The notes under the pieces: model-generated | The model's input: the letters and a program-made list of their open reading frames with translations, nothing else | The model's database searches: none | Told to the model about the DNA's origin: nothing | Shown here: in pieces, positions 1-13,075 of the stretch | How positions within the stretch are numbered: the stretch's first letter is position 1 | Layout: each line of letters begins with the position of its first letter | Made by a program: the position numbers and the translations under genes | NCBI GenBank assembly: GCA_001938485.1 | Contig: MQRK01181576.1 | Coordinates: 20,106 to 69,848, forward strand | From: Girardia tigrina | Lineage: Eukaryota | Direction: 5' to 3' | DNA length: 49,743 nucleotides

Positions 1-1751
1 ACTTAACCGAGGACAGTCGAGTTAGACTGTCCTCAAAACTTTCTCCAATGATCTCGGGCGTACAGGATGGGGGTTGTGAAGGAGGGTTTCCTTCAAATCG
101 TGGTCGTAACACATATCTAAATAATATGTTGGGTCAAAATAAACTAAGATGCTAAAGCATAACATGAAACACACAAATTTGAATTAATAAAATTAAAATA
201 ATAATATAAAATCCAGCATTAATAATATCACACTCAACACATATAATAGAGAATTTTACGATGATTTTTTTTTATTGCTTTAGAGTAAATTTTGAAGTGA
301 ATAGTTTCTTTTAAAGAAATTTTTTTTTCTTATCTTAAAAAGCTTAAATTCTATAATTTCATCTTAAGTAGTTATATAAATCGAACTTTGTAAGATGGGT
401 TGATTATAATTTTCCTCTTATCAATAGAGAAAAATGAAAAGTTTATATCTAATTTACCCTTGAATTCTATGAGCAATTTAATTTATAAAGTGAATTTTAG
501 CTAATCTGATGATTTTACATCAAATTAAGATTTGTAATAATTACTATTTAGGAATTCTTGTTATTTCGAGAAATTAAAATTATTGTTAAATTTTTGGAAT
601 AGTCTAATTTATCGAGTTTTACTAATGATCTAGTTTACTGAATTGAATTGTACGAGTTTATTAATTGTGATTTAGATTGAACAAATTTTATTCGAAATAT
701 AATTTTATAAAAGAGAAAATTTTTATGATTGCTTTTAAATGAGATTTTTTCTTAGTAAACTGTAGGGTGAACAGTTGATTTTAATAATTTATAAATGATT
801 ATAATATGGTTAAAATGATTTTTTTTGTTATTATAATTTCATAGTTTTATTTTGGAAATCCAAAATCATATCTTTGCTTTAAATAGTCGGAATTGAGTTA
901 GCCGGACATAATTTTATAAAGAAAAATATCTTTTGCGATTTTATTCTTAGTAATAATGTAAATAGGAATTAAGATTGAAATTTACTGTAACTCTTAATTC
1001 GAATGGAAATTAAAAACCAATTTTCTTTGATTTGACCTTTCGAAAATTTTCGGCAATAATTATTTCTAATAATTTTCGGCAATAATTTTGACAATAATTC
1101 TTCTAGTGGGATAGAACCGCTCATAAGCTAAATTTCTTAATGGACAATTATAACGCGCTTACGATAATAAAAGAAATTTTTGTGATTTTATAAATTTATA
1201 AATGATTTGAAAATTTTATAAGTGATTTTGATAAATTAAATCTTATTAACTCGAAAAGGCCTGAAACAATAGCTTGTAAGAGAATAAATGAATTTTAATG
1301 TTCTCCTAAATCTCGTGAATATTCTTGGTGATTAATAAATTTTAAAGAATTAAAGCATGTAACGATGATTCTGCCATGGAAGGCACCCGACTTCTAATAA
1401 CGATAAGAGTTTATAAATTAATCATTTGAATGCATAGTATACTGCAAACGTCAACAAGGAAAAACACAGTTACATGAGGTATGATCATCTTCTATTGACA
1501 CTGACCCAGGTGGGGGGCCCACAGTCTATCCTACCTTTAACTGAACCCGAAGGCCCCTTGAGCTTGGCACTGCTAGGCAGATGTCATGCAAGATAGGAGG
1601 CATCCGACCCTACTTATATGACAATAAAATTAAATAAGTTTAATATGGGTTGTGGTTGACCCTTAACAATCACTGGGGGCTCGCGAGCTGTTAAAAATGT
1701 TTGCACTCGAGAGGGTCGTGACACTTTAATAAAATGCTATAATAAGTGGCT

Positions 1752-2730
1752 TATTGAAGGCCATTTGACCTTCTACAGTGCGCGCTCAAGATCTCGGCAG
1801 TGCTCTTAAGGGATAAACTCTCCAAGTGGGTCCAGGAATATGATCTCTTGCATCCACTGTAGAAAGTTTATGACCGCATGATGGTTGTGAAGAGCACAAC
1901 TTTCTAATCAGAGCGATCCTAGACATATACTACAACCAAATGTATTTGCCATTTCATGCAACAATGTTGGATGCAATGTTTGGTTCAGTATCAGTTGGCA
2001 CAGTACTTTATCTACTGAGAAGGATGGGTGTAGGAGAGAGATTATGTATGTAAGATTTGTAAGTATAATTTATAAGATATTTTAATTCTCAACATTTAAA
2101 TAATTATTAATGTTATCAAATATCTATATCCATATCCATATGTATAAGAAACGGTTAACAATAGAAATACTAAAAATATCCTCAAATAAATACAGTTGTT
2201 TAAATAAACAGAAATTTTGTGTGAAAATTCAAAAATTGTCATTTAGTAAATTATTTTAATCCAGGTGTATTTTTTCCTTATTTGAATGTCGGAAGTAACA
2301 GGAGACATTTATACGACCAATGTCGTTCCTAACAATGTAGATAGATTAAGGCGTTGTACAGCGACTGTTCAAATACGGCAACACGGTTATGGAGCAGATT
2401 GGTATCTCAGTTGGAGTCCGACAGAGATGTCCATTATTCATGTTGCTGTTTAATATTTCAATTAACCCCGTGTTGATTGGCCTAGATAGTCAGTCAAGAA
2501 ATCATCAGTCACTGATTGCCAATCACAAGGTTAGTTGCATGGCGTATGGTGATGACTTGGTATTGCTGGTGAGTAGCAGAAATAACATGCAACCAATTGT
2601 TGATAAGGTTGTTATATTACACGGTGTTAGGAATCCAATTCAGATCCAGTAAGTATGCACAGATTGTTCTAACCCATAACGCGAATGCATCAATAGAAAT
2701 ATATAAGAAGACGATACCGGAAATAGGAGG
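1752..2730 (+). mobile_element. Decayed non-LTR retrotransposon reverse transcriptase (R2/NeSL-like), interrupted by a solo LTR
   Basis: Successive RT motifs across frames: (W>stop)RPFDLLQCALKI, LHPL*K..FM..DGCEEHNFLIRAILD, FGSVS..LRRMGVGERLC, [insertion 2049-2334], IKALYSDC, VGVRQRCPLFMLLFNISINP, CMAYGDDLVLL (ORF 2389-2652). Stops and frameshifts present. Confidence 0.8.
2049..2334. mobile_element. Solo LTR, family A, copy 1
   Basis: TGTAAGA...CCTAACA ends; exact 5-bp TSD ATGTA (2044-2048 and 2335-2339); homologous to 31794-34027 once the MULE is removed; splits the RT reading frame. Confidence 0.85.
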
Positions 2731-3087
2731 TGAGTATAAACTTATTTATTTATTTATATTAAATTATTTATTATTTATATATTATTTTATTTGTAAATTA
2801 TTATTTATATAATATGCTCATATTATAGACATCATTTTTGATTAAGATAAAAAACTTATTTATAAAATTCTCCTTTGTAAAAAAATTATTTATTTTATTT
2901 TAAATCTGTTTTTTCTCCAAGTCTTGGTATGCAAAAATTTATTTATTTTAAATTACTTATTATTTATGTATTATTATTTATTTTTATTACTATTCTTTAT
3001 TATTTATATTATATGCTTGACGACATTAAGTTGTCAAGCGAAATTCATAAAACATTAAAAATTTAATTTTAAATAGATCAATATAAT

Positions 3088-3840
3088 TGTTGAAGTAATT
3101 ATAATAAAAGTATTAAAAAAATTTTGTTTTAATTAATAAAATAAAATAAGATTTTATTTATCTTTCTATCCAAATAAATATAATTTATATATAAATAATT
3201 ACATTTAGAATAAATAAAAAGACAAACAGTTAGGAATTCATAAAAAGATATTTATTATAGAAAAATAATTAATTTGATTAAGAATATAAATAAAGAGAAT
3301 AAAAAAATACAAGACAAAAGTATAAAAGAAAAAGATTTTAAAGAACGGGGGACACAAGAAAAGAGCATTGAAAGAGAATTATTTTCTAAGTTCAATCCGA
3401 AAAACCTTTAATTAATTTCGGAACTTGAACTACCAGATCTAAATTTAGTTATTCAACTTTGACAGATCGCGGCTGAACTTTAGCTTATCACGAAATCAGC
3501 CTATTGATATAAAAGGAACCCGTAATAACAAACTACTAAAAATTATTAATTCCGAAGAGAAATAAGGAGTCGAAAATTGAAACTCGACAGAAAGATTTAA
3601 AAATGCGGAAGAATTTGAATTAATATAATTATATATTTTCAGTAATATATTTAATATATATCTAAAATCACCTTGGGGTAAACGAAATATCGTTTCCTCA
3701 CTTACCCAATCTTTAAATTCAATTGTATAAGGTTAAGAATCTTCTTTTAATAAAAATCAGTGTAAATATTTTCGATTATCAATAAATATTTTATATTAAA
3801 AACACTTAATTTTTTTATAAATCGCATAGATACGCCAACA
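3088..3840 (+). mobile_element. Solo LTR, family B, copy 1
   Basis: TGTTGA...CCAACA ends, 4-bp TSD TAAT, TATAAAA near 3508, similar to copies starting at 10987 and 39120. Confidence 0.8.
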
Positions 3841-3899
3841 TAATTATATATTGATCACAAATTTACAATTAAATTTACAAGATCGTGTATTGTTATTTT

Positions 3900-5550
3900 T
3901 TAATTTTCAATCGCCTACAATATTTTTCGTCTGGACACTATTTGGTTTTTTTATTATTGTGTACCAATTTGTGTCGATTCATTCCATTAAAAATTTTAAA
4001 AAAGAACAATATTTTCATTAGACATCTGGAGATTTAGCCGTTTCAGAAAATTTTAGTCTTTCGAATATTCTGATCAACAATTTATTCTGTGGGTTTTGAA
4101 GAAAGAACTATTTGAAGGCATATTAAATCTCCTATCGACTAAACTTTGGCAACTCTTCGTCGTTTGGTGTTATTCCGTTTATGATATTTATTGAGCTTAT
4201 TTTTCGTGTGGACAAAAATAATTTCGTTTTTATTATTTAATTTTCACTTTTTATTGTGTGAATTAACTATTTTTAAATGTACGGTTCGGTATTTTGGGAA
4301 ATTATAAAATAAATTTAAAGAAACATTCTATATTATTAAATATCTTATAAATACAATCTAATATTTTACCTATACCCAAGAAATTGTTCACTTACCAAAA
4401 TCTATTACTACATTAAAACCATATTTTGGAAGTTACATATATCAGATTCAACACCCAAATATATTTTTAACAGTGAGTTTATAGTGTACGTTGGTGGACA
4501 CTATTTAAATTTTTTTTTAGAAAATTGTAATTCAAATAAACTTTTAACAGAAATTTTTTAATGTTTTTATTATGGATCGTTCGGCCGTTCCGAAAGCGGA
4601 TAACAATGTTGTTCTAATTGAAAAAAATATCTATTATATTTCATTGGCGATGGCTTTTCCGGGAATGGGCTTTCAAAATAATATATCTTCAATTTTATTA
4701 GTTTCTTCAACATATCGAACATATACAACTAAATTTGCGTCTTAAGCAACATCAGTTGCTTGATCTACTTGTATGGCGAATTTTGAAGTACGCATTTGAG
4801 AAACAAATTGATCTCAAAGATCTTCAGATATACCATCGATTCTTCTGCCAACTGTGTAATCAGCAAGCGGTATTTTTCGCGACTGTTTCCAATTGATATA
4901 CCAAACATTGTTTTGACCGGCGAAATAGCTGCTGAAAAAACTAAAGTTGTTCCTATTGTTTGTGGTTTTTTAAACTTTGCAATTCAGTAAAATACTTATG
5001 ATACGTATGATGATGATAACGTATTTGATGGAATATTAAATATTTTTTTTGAAAGTTTGCTTTGTATAGTAAACTCATCCAATTTTCTTTGGAAAAATTC
5101 TTGGGGCTTACCAATGTTTTCAGAATGCGTAATTTCAAGGTGTCGTTTTTAAATTCATACTGTCAGCAGCCGAAACTTTCGAACAAAACAAAGACATTGA
5201 TTTTTCAAAATTAATAACACTTGCGAATCCGAGTGACAAAATAGGATAAATCGTATTTTCTAGTTTTTGAAGTTTTTCTTTCCTGTTTCTTATTGCTTAT
5301 ATTGTCAATACTGGTGCCAACATCATTATTTTCATTATTAGTGGTTTTCCTCTTATTTGTCTATCCTCATCAGAAGGGCAGTCTCGTATTACTAATACAT
5401 TTTCTGTGTGAGATGGTTCTTTCTTCAACTTTATTCCAAATTTGTCCAAAAAATCTATCCATGCTATCATTTCTAGATCTAGATCTCTAACTACAAAAAA
5501 ATCAATCAATTTCTCTAACCTTTCAATTATCACTTTTAGTTGCACAACTT
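3900..5550 (-). mobile_element. Heavily decayed Gypsy-like pol remnant
   Basis: Protease-tail-like FFVVRDLDLEMIAWIDFLDKFGI (ORF 5297-5545) and an RT-like LVS.PRIFQR segment near 5085-5120 across a frameshift. Boundaries approximate. Confidence 0.4.
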
Positions 5551-5559
5551 TTTATTAAA

Positions 5560-6095
5560 TCCATTTATTAAATCCATAATATGCTTTCTAAAAATGGATT
5601 TAATAAAAAGTATTTAAATAAAATCATAAAAGATATTGTTGAATCCATTTATTTAAAATCAAATAATACATCAAATATAACTTCGGGAAATTATATTGAT
5701 AACCAAATGACTATCAATCTAAAATTACCGTACTCAGAGAGAGCAAAAGAATGCAAACGATTTTTAGAACATCGAACACCTATTGACTTAAAATTGAGAG
5801 TAATCTTTGTAACCAATAAATGCTGGAACTATTTTTCAAACAAATCAAAAACTTCTTTGTGTATTAAGGCAAATCTAGTTTATCAATTTAAATGTCACAA
5901 ATGCCTTGTACATCGGAGATACAAATCGTCATCTCCGAACTAGAATTGCTGAACATACTCAATCGAGTAGAAATAGTTCGAATGTCGAGACGTATGATGT
6001 AATAGTTTTTCAACTATATAAATAGTAATTAATCACTTTATTTCATTGCACTGAAAATGCCGAAATGGTGAAACGCGTATGTATTGCGAATAAAT
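5560..6095 (+). mobile_element. Penelope-like element 3' part (linker plus GIY-YIG endonuclease), decayed
   Basis: ORF 5581-5943: NGF..., LKLPYS, ANLVYQFKCHKC; after a frameshift, LYIGDTNRHLRTRIAEH (about 5906-5956), the Penelope GIY-YIG signature. Followed by a hammerhead-like motif and AATAAA. Confidence 0.85.
6046..6084 (+). ncRNA. Degenerate minimal type-I hammerhead ribozyme of a Penelope-like element
   Basis: TGCA-CTGAAAA-T-GCC-GAAAT-GGT-GAAA-CGCGTA-TGTA. Core CUGANGA carries a G>A change; helix II GCC/GGT; GAAA; palindromic ACGCGT helix III; GUA cleavage triplet; helix I TGCA/TGTA. Confidence 0.6.
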
Positions 6096-7029
6096 TTAAT
6101 ATTCAAAAATGGCCTTTGTTTTCATTATAATTGTATTTTGGTGTTTTTTTGCGACAAAAATTATGAGGCAACCCTATTTTAATAATAATAACTAGTAAAT
6201 CAAAAAATTAAATTTTTTATATCCATTCTTTATGCAGACAGAACTCTACCTTACAAACAAAGTTTGAAAAATTTAAAAAAGTTTAATTAAAAAACTAATA
6301 AAAACTTAATATTAATTAATTTTGATAATTTGAACAATTTCAGGTAATTTCACTTTATTTGTCAGCAATTCAGGACAAATATAGTGCAATTGCACAATAA
6401 TCAGTGATGGATTAAGCTCACACACGCATACACTCACACGAGATGGGGACTCAGCTTGCCAATGGTGAAATATGACCCGTATTATTTGACACTTGATGTT
6501 TTAATGTTGAGTAGAACAACCATTATTCATGGGCGTGTACTGTATTACATATATTCCAATTTTGACTGTGGGTGACCTTATTCATCAATGAATGCAGTTA
6601 CAACGATGTTTCCTTTTAAAACACACTTCAAAAACATTACGGCAACATTAACAAACAATGCGATATATATTAATTTAGACATAAAAAATTAATATCAACT
6701 ACTTATAATTTATAAGTAGAACTTTTAAAATTAATATTGTTCAGGAAATACAAATTTTCCGCTTTTATCCCATTTTGGGATCTTAAAAAGTTTTTTTCGA
6801 TCAAATTTTTACATAATCATTTATTGTCATCGAGAATAAGTAAGTGTACAAAGTTTGAAGAAAATAGATTGAGTAAAATGCCTTCAAAAATAGGTTTTTC
6901 CATTAAAAATAATGGAAAAATAAAATATAAAAAATCAAATGATGCCTCATCCTCTTTGACTTCCCGTTGTTTGAGCAAGCGCTCAGGGATGAAGGGAAGC
7001 TTATAGGGATATCATTCCATGGGAGATGT

Positions 7030-7325
7030 TGGTATTGTTATTATTATTATTTTCGTAATATTACTTTTATAATCATTATTATATTCTATTATTGTTATTT
7101 GTATTATTATTATTATCATTCATTATTAATTATTTATATAATCATTACTATCATCATCATAATTATTATTTAATTATTCATATTATTATCAATGATATTA
7201 TTATCAGTATTTTATTATTTGTATTATTATCAATATTACTATAATTAATATGATTATTATTACTATTATCTACATTATCCTTATTAATATTATTATTATA
7301 TTGATTATCAGCATTATTATTATTG
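7030..7325. repeat. Degenerate (ATT)n low-complexity tract
   Basis: Runs of ATT/TAT/ATC triplets; accounts for the spurious I/Y-rich ORF 6967-7173. Confidence 0.9.
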
Positions 7326-9734
7326 AATTGTAAAAGCTCTTTTTATAAAATAATTTTTAATAATTCTTCAACGGTGCGATTTTCGCTTTTATGGGTTGTG
7401 TGAAACTATTTTTTTACTTTTTTTTTGTTTGTAAACTTTATTTTTTATAGTAGTCTTTTCTTTTTCTTTTAAATAATGTCTTTAATGAATGGTTGTTGTG
7501 GTAACAATCTACCAAAAACAAGCTAACCGAACCGGAAATGTTAGGTGAGCTTGTTTCGTTGTTAAAGCAAAAATAAAAAAAGGCGTTCTATTTTAACGCG
7601 TTAATATTTAAATTAAAAACGAACAGTACAAATGTTAGGGTTTCGAAAAATACACGTGAACACTTTTGAGAAAATTTTATAAAGGAAAATTTTTAAATAA
7701 TTCTTTTAGTAAAATTATTAATTTCAAACAAAATAATATTTAGTTTAACAAAACTTGGAATTAAAAATTATAAATGTTTGTTTTACTTCATCAAAAATTA
7801 TTAATATTTTAGTCTTTGTTTTATCTTATCAATTTTCAAGGCTGATGAAAACTGCTATATAAACAGCAGCAAATTTAGTTTTAGTTTGCCCAAAAAATAT
7901 CTGCAAGAAATTTACTAAAAGAAGAAGTCTCTGTAACAAGTAACGTAAATACAAAATTTATTTTATTCTTTTAAAATATTGTTAAACCATAAGTATCCTG
8001 TATGGGAGAAAAAGGTTTATTCTAAAAAGTACAATATCGTTCGTTTTGGGAGATTCACAGTTTTTACTGTAATCTATTAACTCCTACGAAATATTGTTTT
8101 GTGTTTTTGTTCTGTCATCAAGAATTGAATTATTATTATTATTTTTGACTTGTTAATATTTGTTATTTGAAATAAAGTTTCATAAAAGAATTTGTGTTCA
8201 TTATTCATATATTTATGTTGGAAGTCCTTTCTGATTAATTGGAGTCAGATAAAAGATTAAAGATTATTGATTAAAGAATAAAGATTTACGATTATAGATT
8301 AAAGAATAAAGATTTGTGTTTAAAAAGTGAATATTTAAATTAAAGATAATTTAATACCCAACACAAACAATTTGATACTTTTAGACAGTAGTAGGGAAAA
8401 TAAATTATTCTGGATATATGTCTTTCAGATCGACTGGTAAATGTCCACAAATAAGTTTATTTCTTTTGNTCTTGATTTGGTCAGTTGGTTTTGTATTTTT
8501 TTATTTCTTATTGTATTGTTGGAACTTCTAATTTTATTGCTCTTGATAATGTGTTGGATGATTAAGGAGTATGGAGTAATAAATTGGATTGGAAAATCAG
8601 ATAAACGGTGAATAAAATGAGAAATAGAAAATTATACGTAATTGGCAACCGTATAATTTAAAGTTAATTATTTTTTTAATGATATATTGATTTTTTACAA
8701 TATATAAAAAAATATAATATATAAAATATTTTTTATTTTTACTTTAACTGGTTTTACAGTTGTAAATCCGATTTACTTGTAGATGTTCATTTTTAGCTAT
8801 AACTTGTATTTTTTATTTTATTCTTTTTATGTATTTTTTATTTATTTTGTTTTGTTTTATTTTTTTATTTGGTATAGTAGAAAAATAGAAGATATAAAAA
8901 AATGAATTAGTCATCTCGACGAATTATTATTAAATTGAAATTATGAAATTTGCCCATGCAATTCAAATTTCAATTTGAAAATAAAAATAATAATTAAAAT
9001 CAAAGATAAAAATTATAATTTATATTGTCATATTTTGGTCTTCATTTTTGTGGAATCGTCGGACTTGATTAAAATATAATTAGATTAATTTAAAACCTCG
9101 AAATTTTGCTTATCTATTTTTGAACGAATTACCGAGCTATATTACATTATTAATAATAGTTTATCCATTTTATTGGACCGATTCAGTTCCTACAGATATC
9201 TGAGAAATTTTTGAAGTTATCCAACGAATTAGTCTTAAAGAAAATATATTTTGTTAAACAATATCATAATAAGAAGACATTACTAAGTAACATTATTTGA
9301 TATTATTGGTGATTGTTCGTTTATTATATTACTTTATTATTATTTGACTCCTCATTATTATTTTTTCTATAATATTTAATATATAATTGAGAAAGCTAGC
9401 CATAGATATTTAAATTATTATTTTTAAGTTTAATCACTTGGCTAGCTTTAGTTCATTTGTATATTTAATATAAATGATTATCATTATTATTAATATGATT
9501 AATATTATTAGTATTAGTATTAGTAAAATTATTATTATTAAAATAATAATTTATTTTAAAAAATTATAAAAATAAGTAATAATAATATCAAGCATACTAA
9601 ATTAACAAAAAATAAAAAATTAAATCCATTAATATGGCATTTATGCAAAATAAAGTAGGTGCAAGTGCACCGTTCAGGGGAGAAAATATACGGTGCATGC
9701 GCACCTAGTTTTGAGAATTGGCATTTATGCCATT

Positions 9735-10404
9735 AATTTAGGTGCAAGTGCACCAAGTAAAACAAAATGAAAAAAATATTAATCAATAATGAGTATAAAT
9801 ACACTGACTTTAATGATAAAGTCAAAAATTAAGTTACACAAAAAATTGGATAAAAAAAGTGGTTAAAAGAATTAAATTTTTGAAATCCTCAAATATTAAA
9901 CAAACGGTATATTTGAAGCCGATTGTAATATTAAAATAAACAAAAATTGAAACTGTTGGTTCAGTTATTGTGGTTCAAATTAATAATAATATAACGATAA
10001 TAAATTAAAAGGTATCTCTTGCGAGATAAATTGTTTTAGTTGATTGTCTCTTGTGAGGCAATATTAATACCAATTTAGGTGCAAGTGCACCAAGTAAAAC
10101 AAAATGAAAAAAATATTAATCAATAATGAGTATAAATACACTGACTTTAATGATAAAGTCAAAAATTAAGTTACACAAAAAATTGGATAAAAAAAGTGGT
10201 TAAAAGAATTAAATTTTTGAAATCCTCAAATATTAAACAAACGGTATATTTGAAGCCGATTGTAATATTAAAATAAACAAAAATTGAAACTGTTGGTTCA
10301 GTTATTGTGGTTCAAATTAATAATAATATAACGATAATAAATTAAAAGGTATCTCTTGCGAGATAAATTGTTTTAGTTGATTGTCTCTTGTGAGGCAATA
10401 TTAA
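9735..10404. repeat. Tandem direct duplication, two 333-bp copies with a 4-bp spacer
   Basis: 9735-10067 and 10072-10404 appear identical on reading; spacer TACC. Confidence 0.9.
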
Positions 10405-10986
10405 AGGTTACAAAAAGATTTTATCTCCTATGATATTATATTATATCAAATATTTCTCTTGCGAGATAATATTTGAAAATTAAATCAACAAAATCTCTTT
10501 CGAGATTGATATTAGTGATGATCCTCAAGAGAGGAAGATTCACTGAACCTCAAGCGAGGAATAATTGTTTAAACTATATCAATTGTTGGAAGAACCTTCT
10601 GATCACAGAGTTAGATTACGTGTTGATATTGTAAAACTCAAGAGAGTGAAAAAGTTAATTCATCAAATACCCAACAATATTGGTAGTCATGAAAACTATA
10701 AGATGAAATCATATTATAAAATATGATTAATAATAAAAATATAATAAATAAATAAAAAATGAAATATAAATAATAATTAATAAATAAAAATTAAATATAA
10801 TAATTAAAAAGAAAAATATAAATACTATCTAGACATTATGCATATACACACACGCAAATACTCAAACATATTTTTGTCATCCTTCTGTATGCGTCGATTT
10901 AATACATAGTTCGGCGAGGGAATTGACTATCACATAATTAATTATCATAATTACCATGTCTAAATACATATATGAATGCATACACG

Positions 10987-11635
10987 TGTTGAGTATAAAT
11001 AATAAAAGTATTTAAAATAAAAATTTTGTTTTAATTAATAAGATGAAATAAGATTTTATTTATCTTTTTATCCAATTAAACATAATTTATATATAAATAA
11101 TTAAATTAAGAATAGTTAGAAAAGTAAATAGCTAAGAATAAATAAAGAGACATTTATTATTAAGAAATAATCAGTATAATTTAAAGGATAAATAAAGATA
11201 AATTATATTTAAAAAAGGGTATAAAAAAAGAACATTTTATAAAAAGAAACGCTCTTAATTATGTGATAAAAGAGAAGATTTTTAAAAAGATCTAGGCACG
11301 CAAATTATATTTTAAAGTCAGAAAGGAAAGTGCAAGAATTTAATTAAAAGAAAAGAAATCAACAGCTGTTATTTGCAAAATAGAAGTTGAAGTGATTTTG
11401 AAGAGCTCAAGATTTGAGAATCGACAGCTGTTATTTTATTCTGAAGTGATTTGAAAGATTGAAGTAATATCAAGAAGAAAAACTGAACAGCTGTTACGAT
11501 TGCTATATAAAGTCCAGCTGAAAATATCAGAAGGAGAATAAAAGCGTGTAGCTAGAATTGATTGAAATAAAAACTGAATCAAAGTTGAAAAGGTACGGAC
11601 TAAAGTCCATAAAAAAATTATTTATATTTTTTCGG

Positions 11636-11668
<33 letters not shown>

Positions 11669-11745
11669 CTATTCGAAGTAAACAAATTGCCGTTTTTCCA
11701 ACTTACCTAACATATAAATTCGCTAAATAGATTAAGTTGTTTTTC
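10987..11745 (+). mobile_element. LTR family B, copy 2 (3' truncated)
   Basis: Begins TGTTGAG and aligns with 3088 and 39120 over the first few hundred bp. CAGCTG array and TATATAA at 11504. No CCAACA end or TSD found. Confidence 0.7.
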
Positions 11746-13010
11746 TGTACATATTTTTATAAAATACATTGCGAAAGGGCAATTGCGAAAAGCAATCGAT
11801 CAATTTAATTACAGTCCTTAAGCGGTTGATGTTATCTTTGATTTCAGCAGTAATTAAAAATAATTATTAGTCGACGGTCCGATCGACCGATTCCTATATA
11901 AATGAATATCTTTAGAGAACAAAACTTGTCGACAAAAGGAATAATTTTTATAGACGAAATCTAATCGATTTGAGACTGAGGAAAACCAAAAAATAATTTT
12001 TAGAGCTGAAGAGTTTCAGTTAAATTAAATTGACAGAACTATTGAAATAAAAGTAATCGGTATAAATTATAAAATATAAATAAATTTTTATATATTAAAT
12101 TGTGTAAAAGCAACTTAAAGTCTAGTGGTTGATAACTTGAAATTGCTTTTACAATAGAATAAATAAATAAAAAAAAGACCAAACAATAAAAAAATGTCAA
12201 CTATTAAACAATAACAGAAAGAATTAAAAAAAAAGATAATTAAATTCGATCACAGTTAAAAGAAGAAACGAGGTCAGTGGGGAGGACTCAATGAAAGCAA
12301 ATGTTACTTTGAATATTCCTCTTCGTATTGGAATTGTTCAAATATTTTTTTTAATTGTTTAGTATTGTTGCAATGCTTCGGAGTCTTGTTATTGGCTGGT
12401 TTACAATCAATCTTGGGTAAAGAGACGACGAGATAGATTATCTATTGACGAAGTTATTTGTTTGGTACTGGAACTGACAATTAGATTGGAGATTGTTTCG
12501 TTAGTTTATTGATGATTTCGGGAAGGTTGATAAAGACTATCAGCATAAAATCCAGGAAACAACTTTCAATTTTATTTTTCAAATTCTTTTTATTCGACGC
12601 TATTGTTGCTGTATTATACGCAATCGTATAATACAATTTTCAATTTGCATTCTCAATTCAAATTTTTGTATTGATTATTTTTATTGGCTTCAGATCCAAT
12701 TTAATTATTGCCTTTAGCAAATAGGCATTTAATCTGGCATTCTTTGTCCAAGAATAAAAAAACTACTGATAATCACGAAAACAAACAATCTCAGAAACTT
12801 TTTTTAAAAAATAAATAATAAGATATTCACACGTCAAACAGAAAAAGATCAACAAGATGAGAACTTAATCAGTAGTTTTTTGCCCTCAAAATAAGTAGGG
12901 CACTACAAATTGATATATTTATATTTATGATGTTTTTCTAAGGGTGAAATCCGTCCCCTTTCTACCTGTCCTAAATATATCTTTTATGAAATAAGCTTTA
13001 TATATAAGAA

Positions 13011-13075
13011 AGGGTTAGGGGGGTTAGGGTTAGGGTTAGGGTTAGGGTTAGGGTTAGGCGTTAGGGTTAGGGTTA
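13011..13075 (+). repeat. Interstitial telomeric repeat (TTAGGG)n, about 10 units
   Basis: Directly visible, with two variant units. Confidence 0.95.

Noticed and set aside
9-34. 10-bp perfect hairpin GAGGACAGTC/GACTGTCCTC
   Set aside because: At the window edge with no context; cannot be assigned.
7840-7890. CTGATGA plus CTGCT/AGCAG hairpin as a second hammerhead
   Set aside because: GAAA core is absent (GCAAA) and helices I and III cannot be formed convincingly.
9735-10404. CRISPR-like array or other prokaryotic system
   Set aside because: No repeat-spacer periodicity, cas genes or operon structure; the window is eukaryotic.
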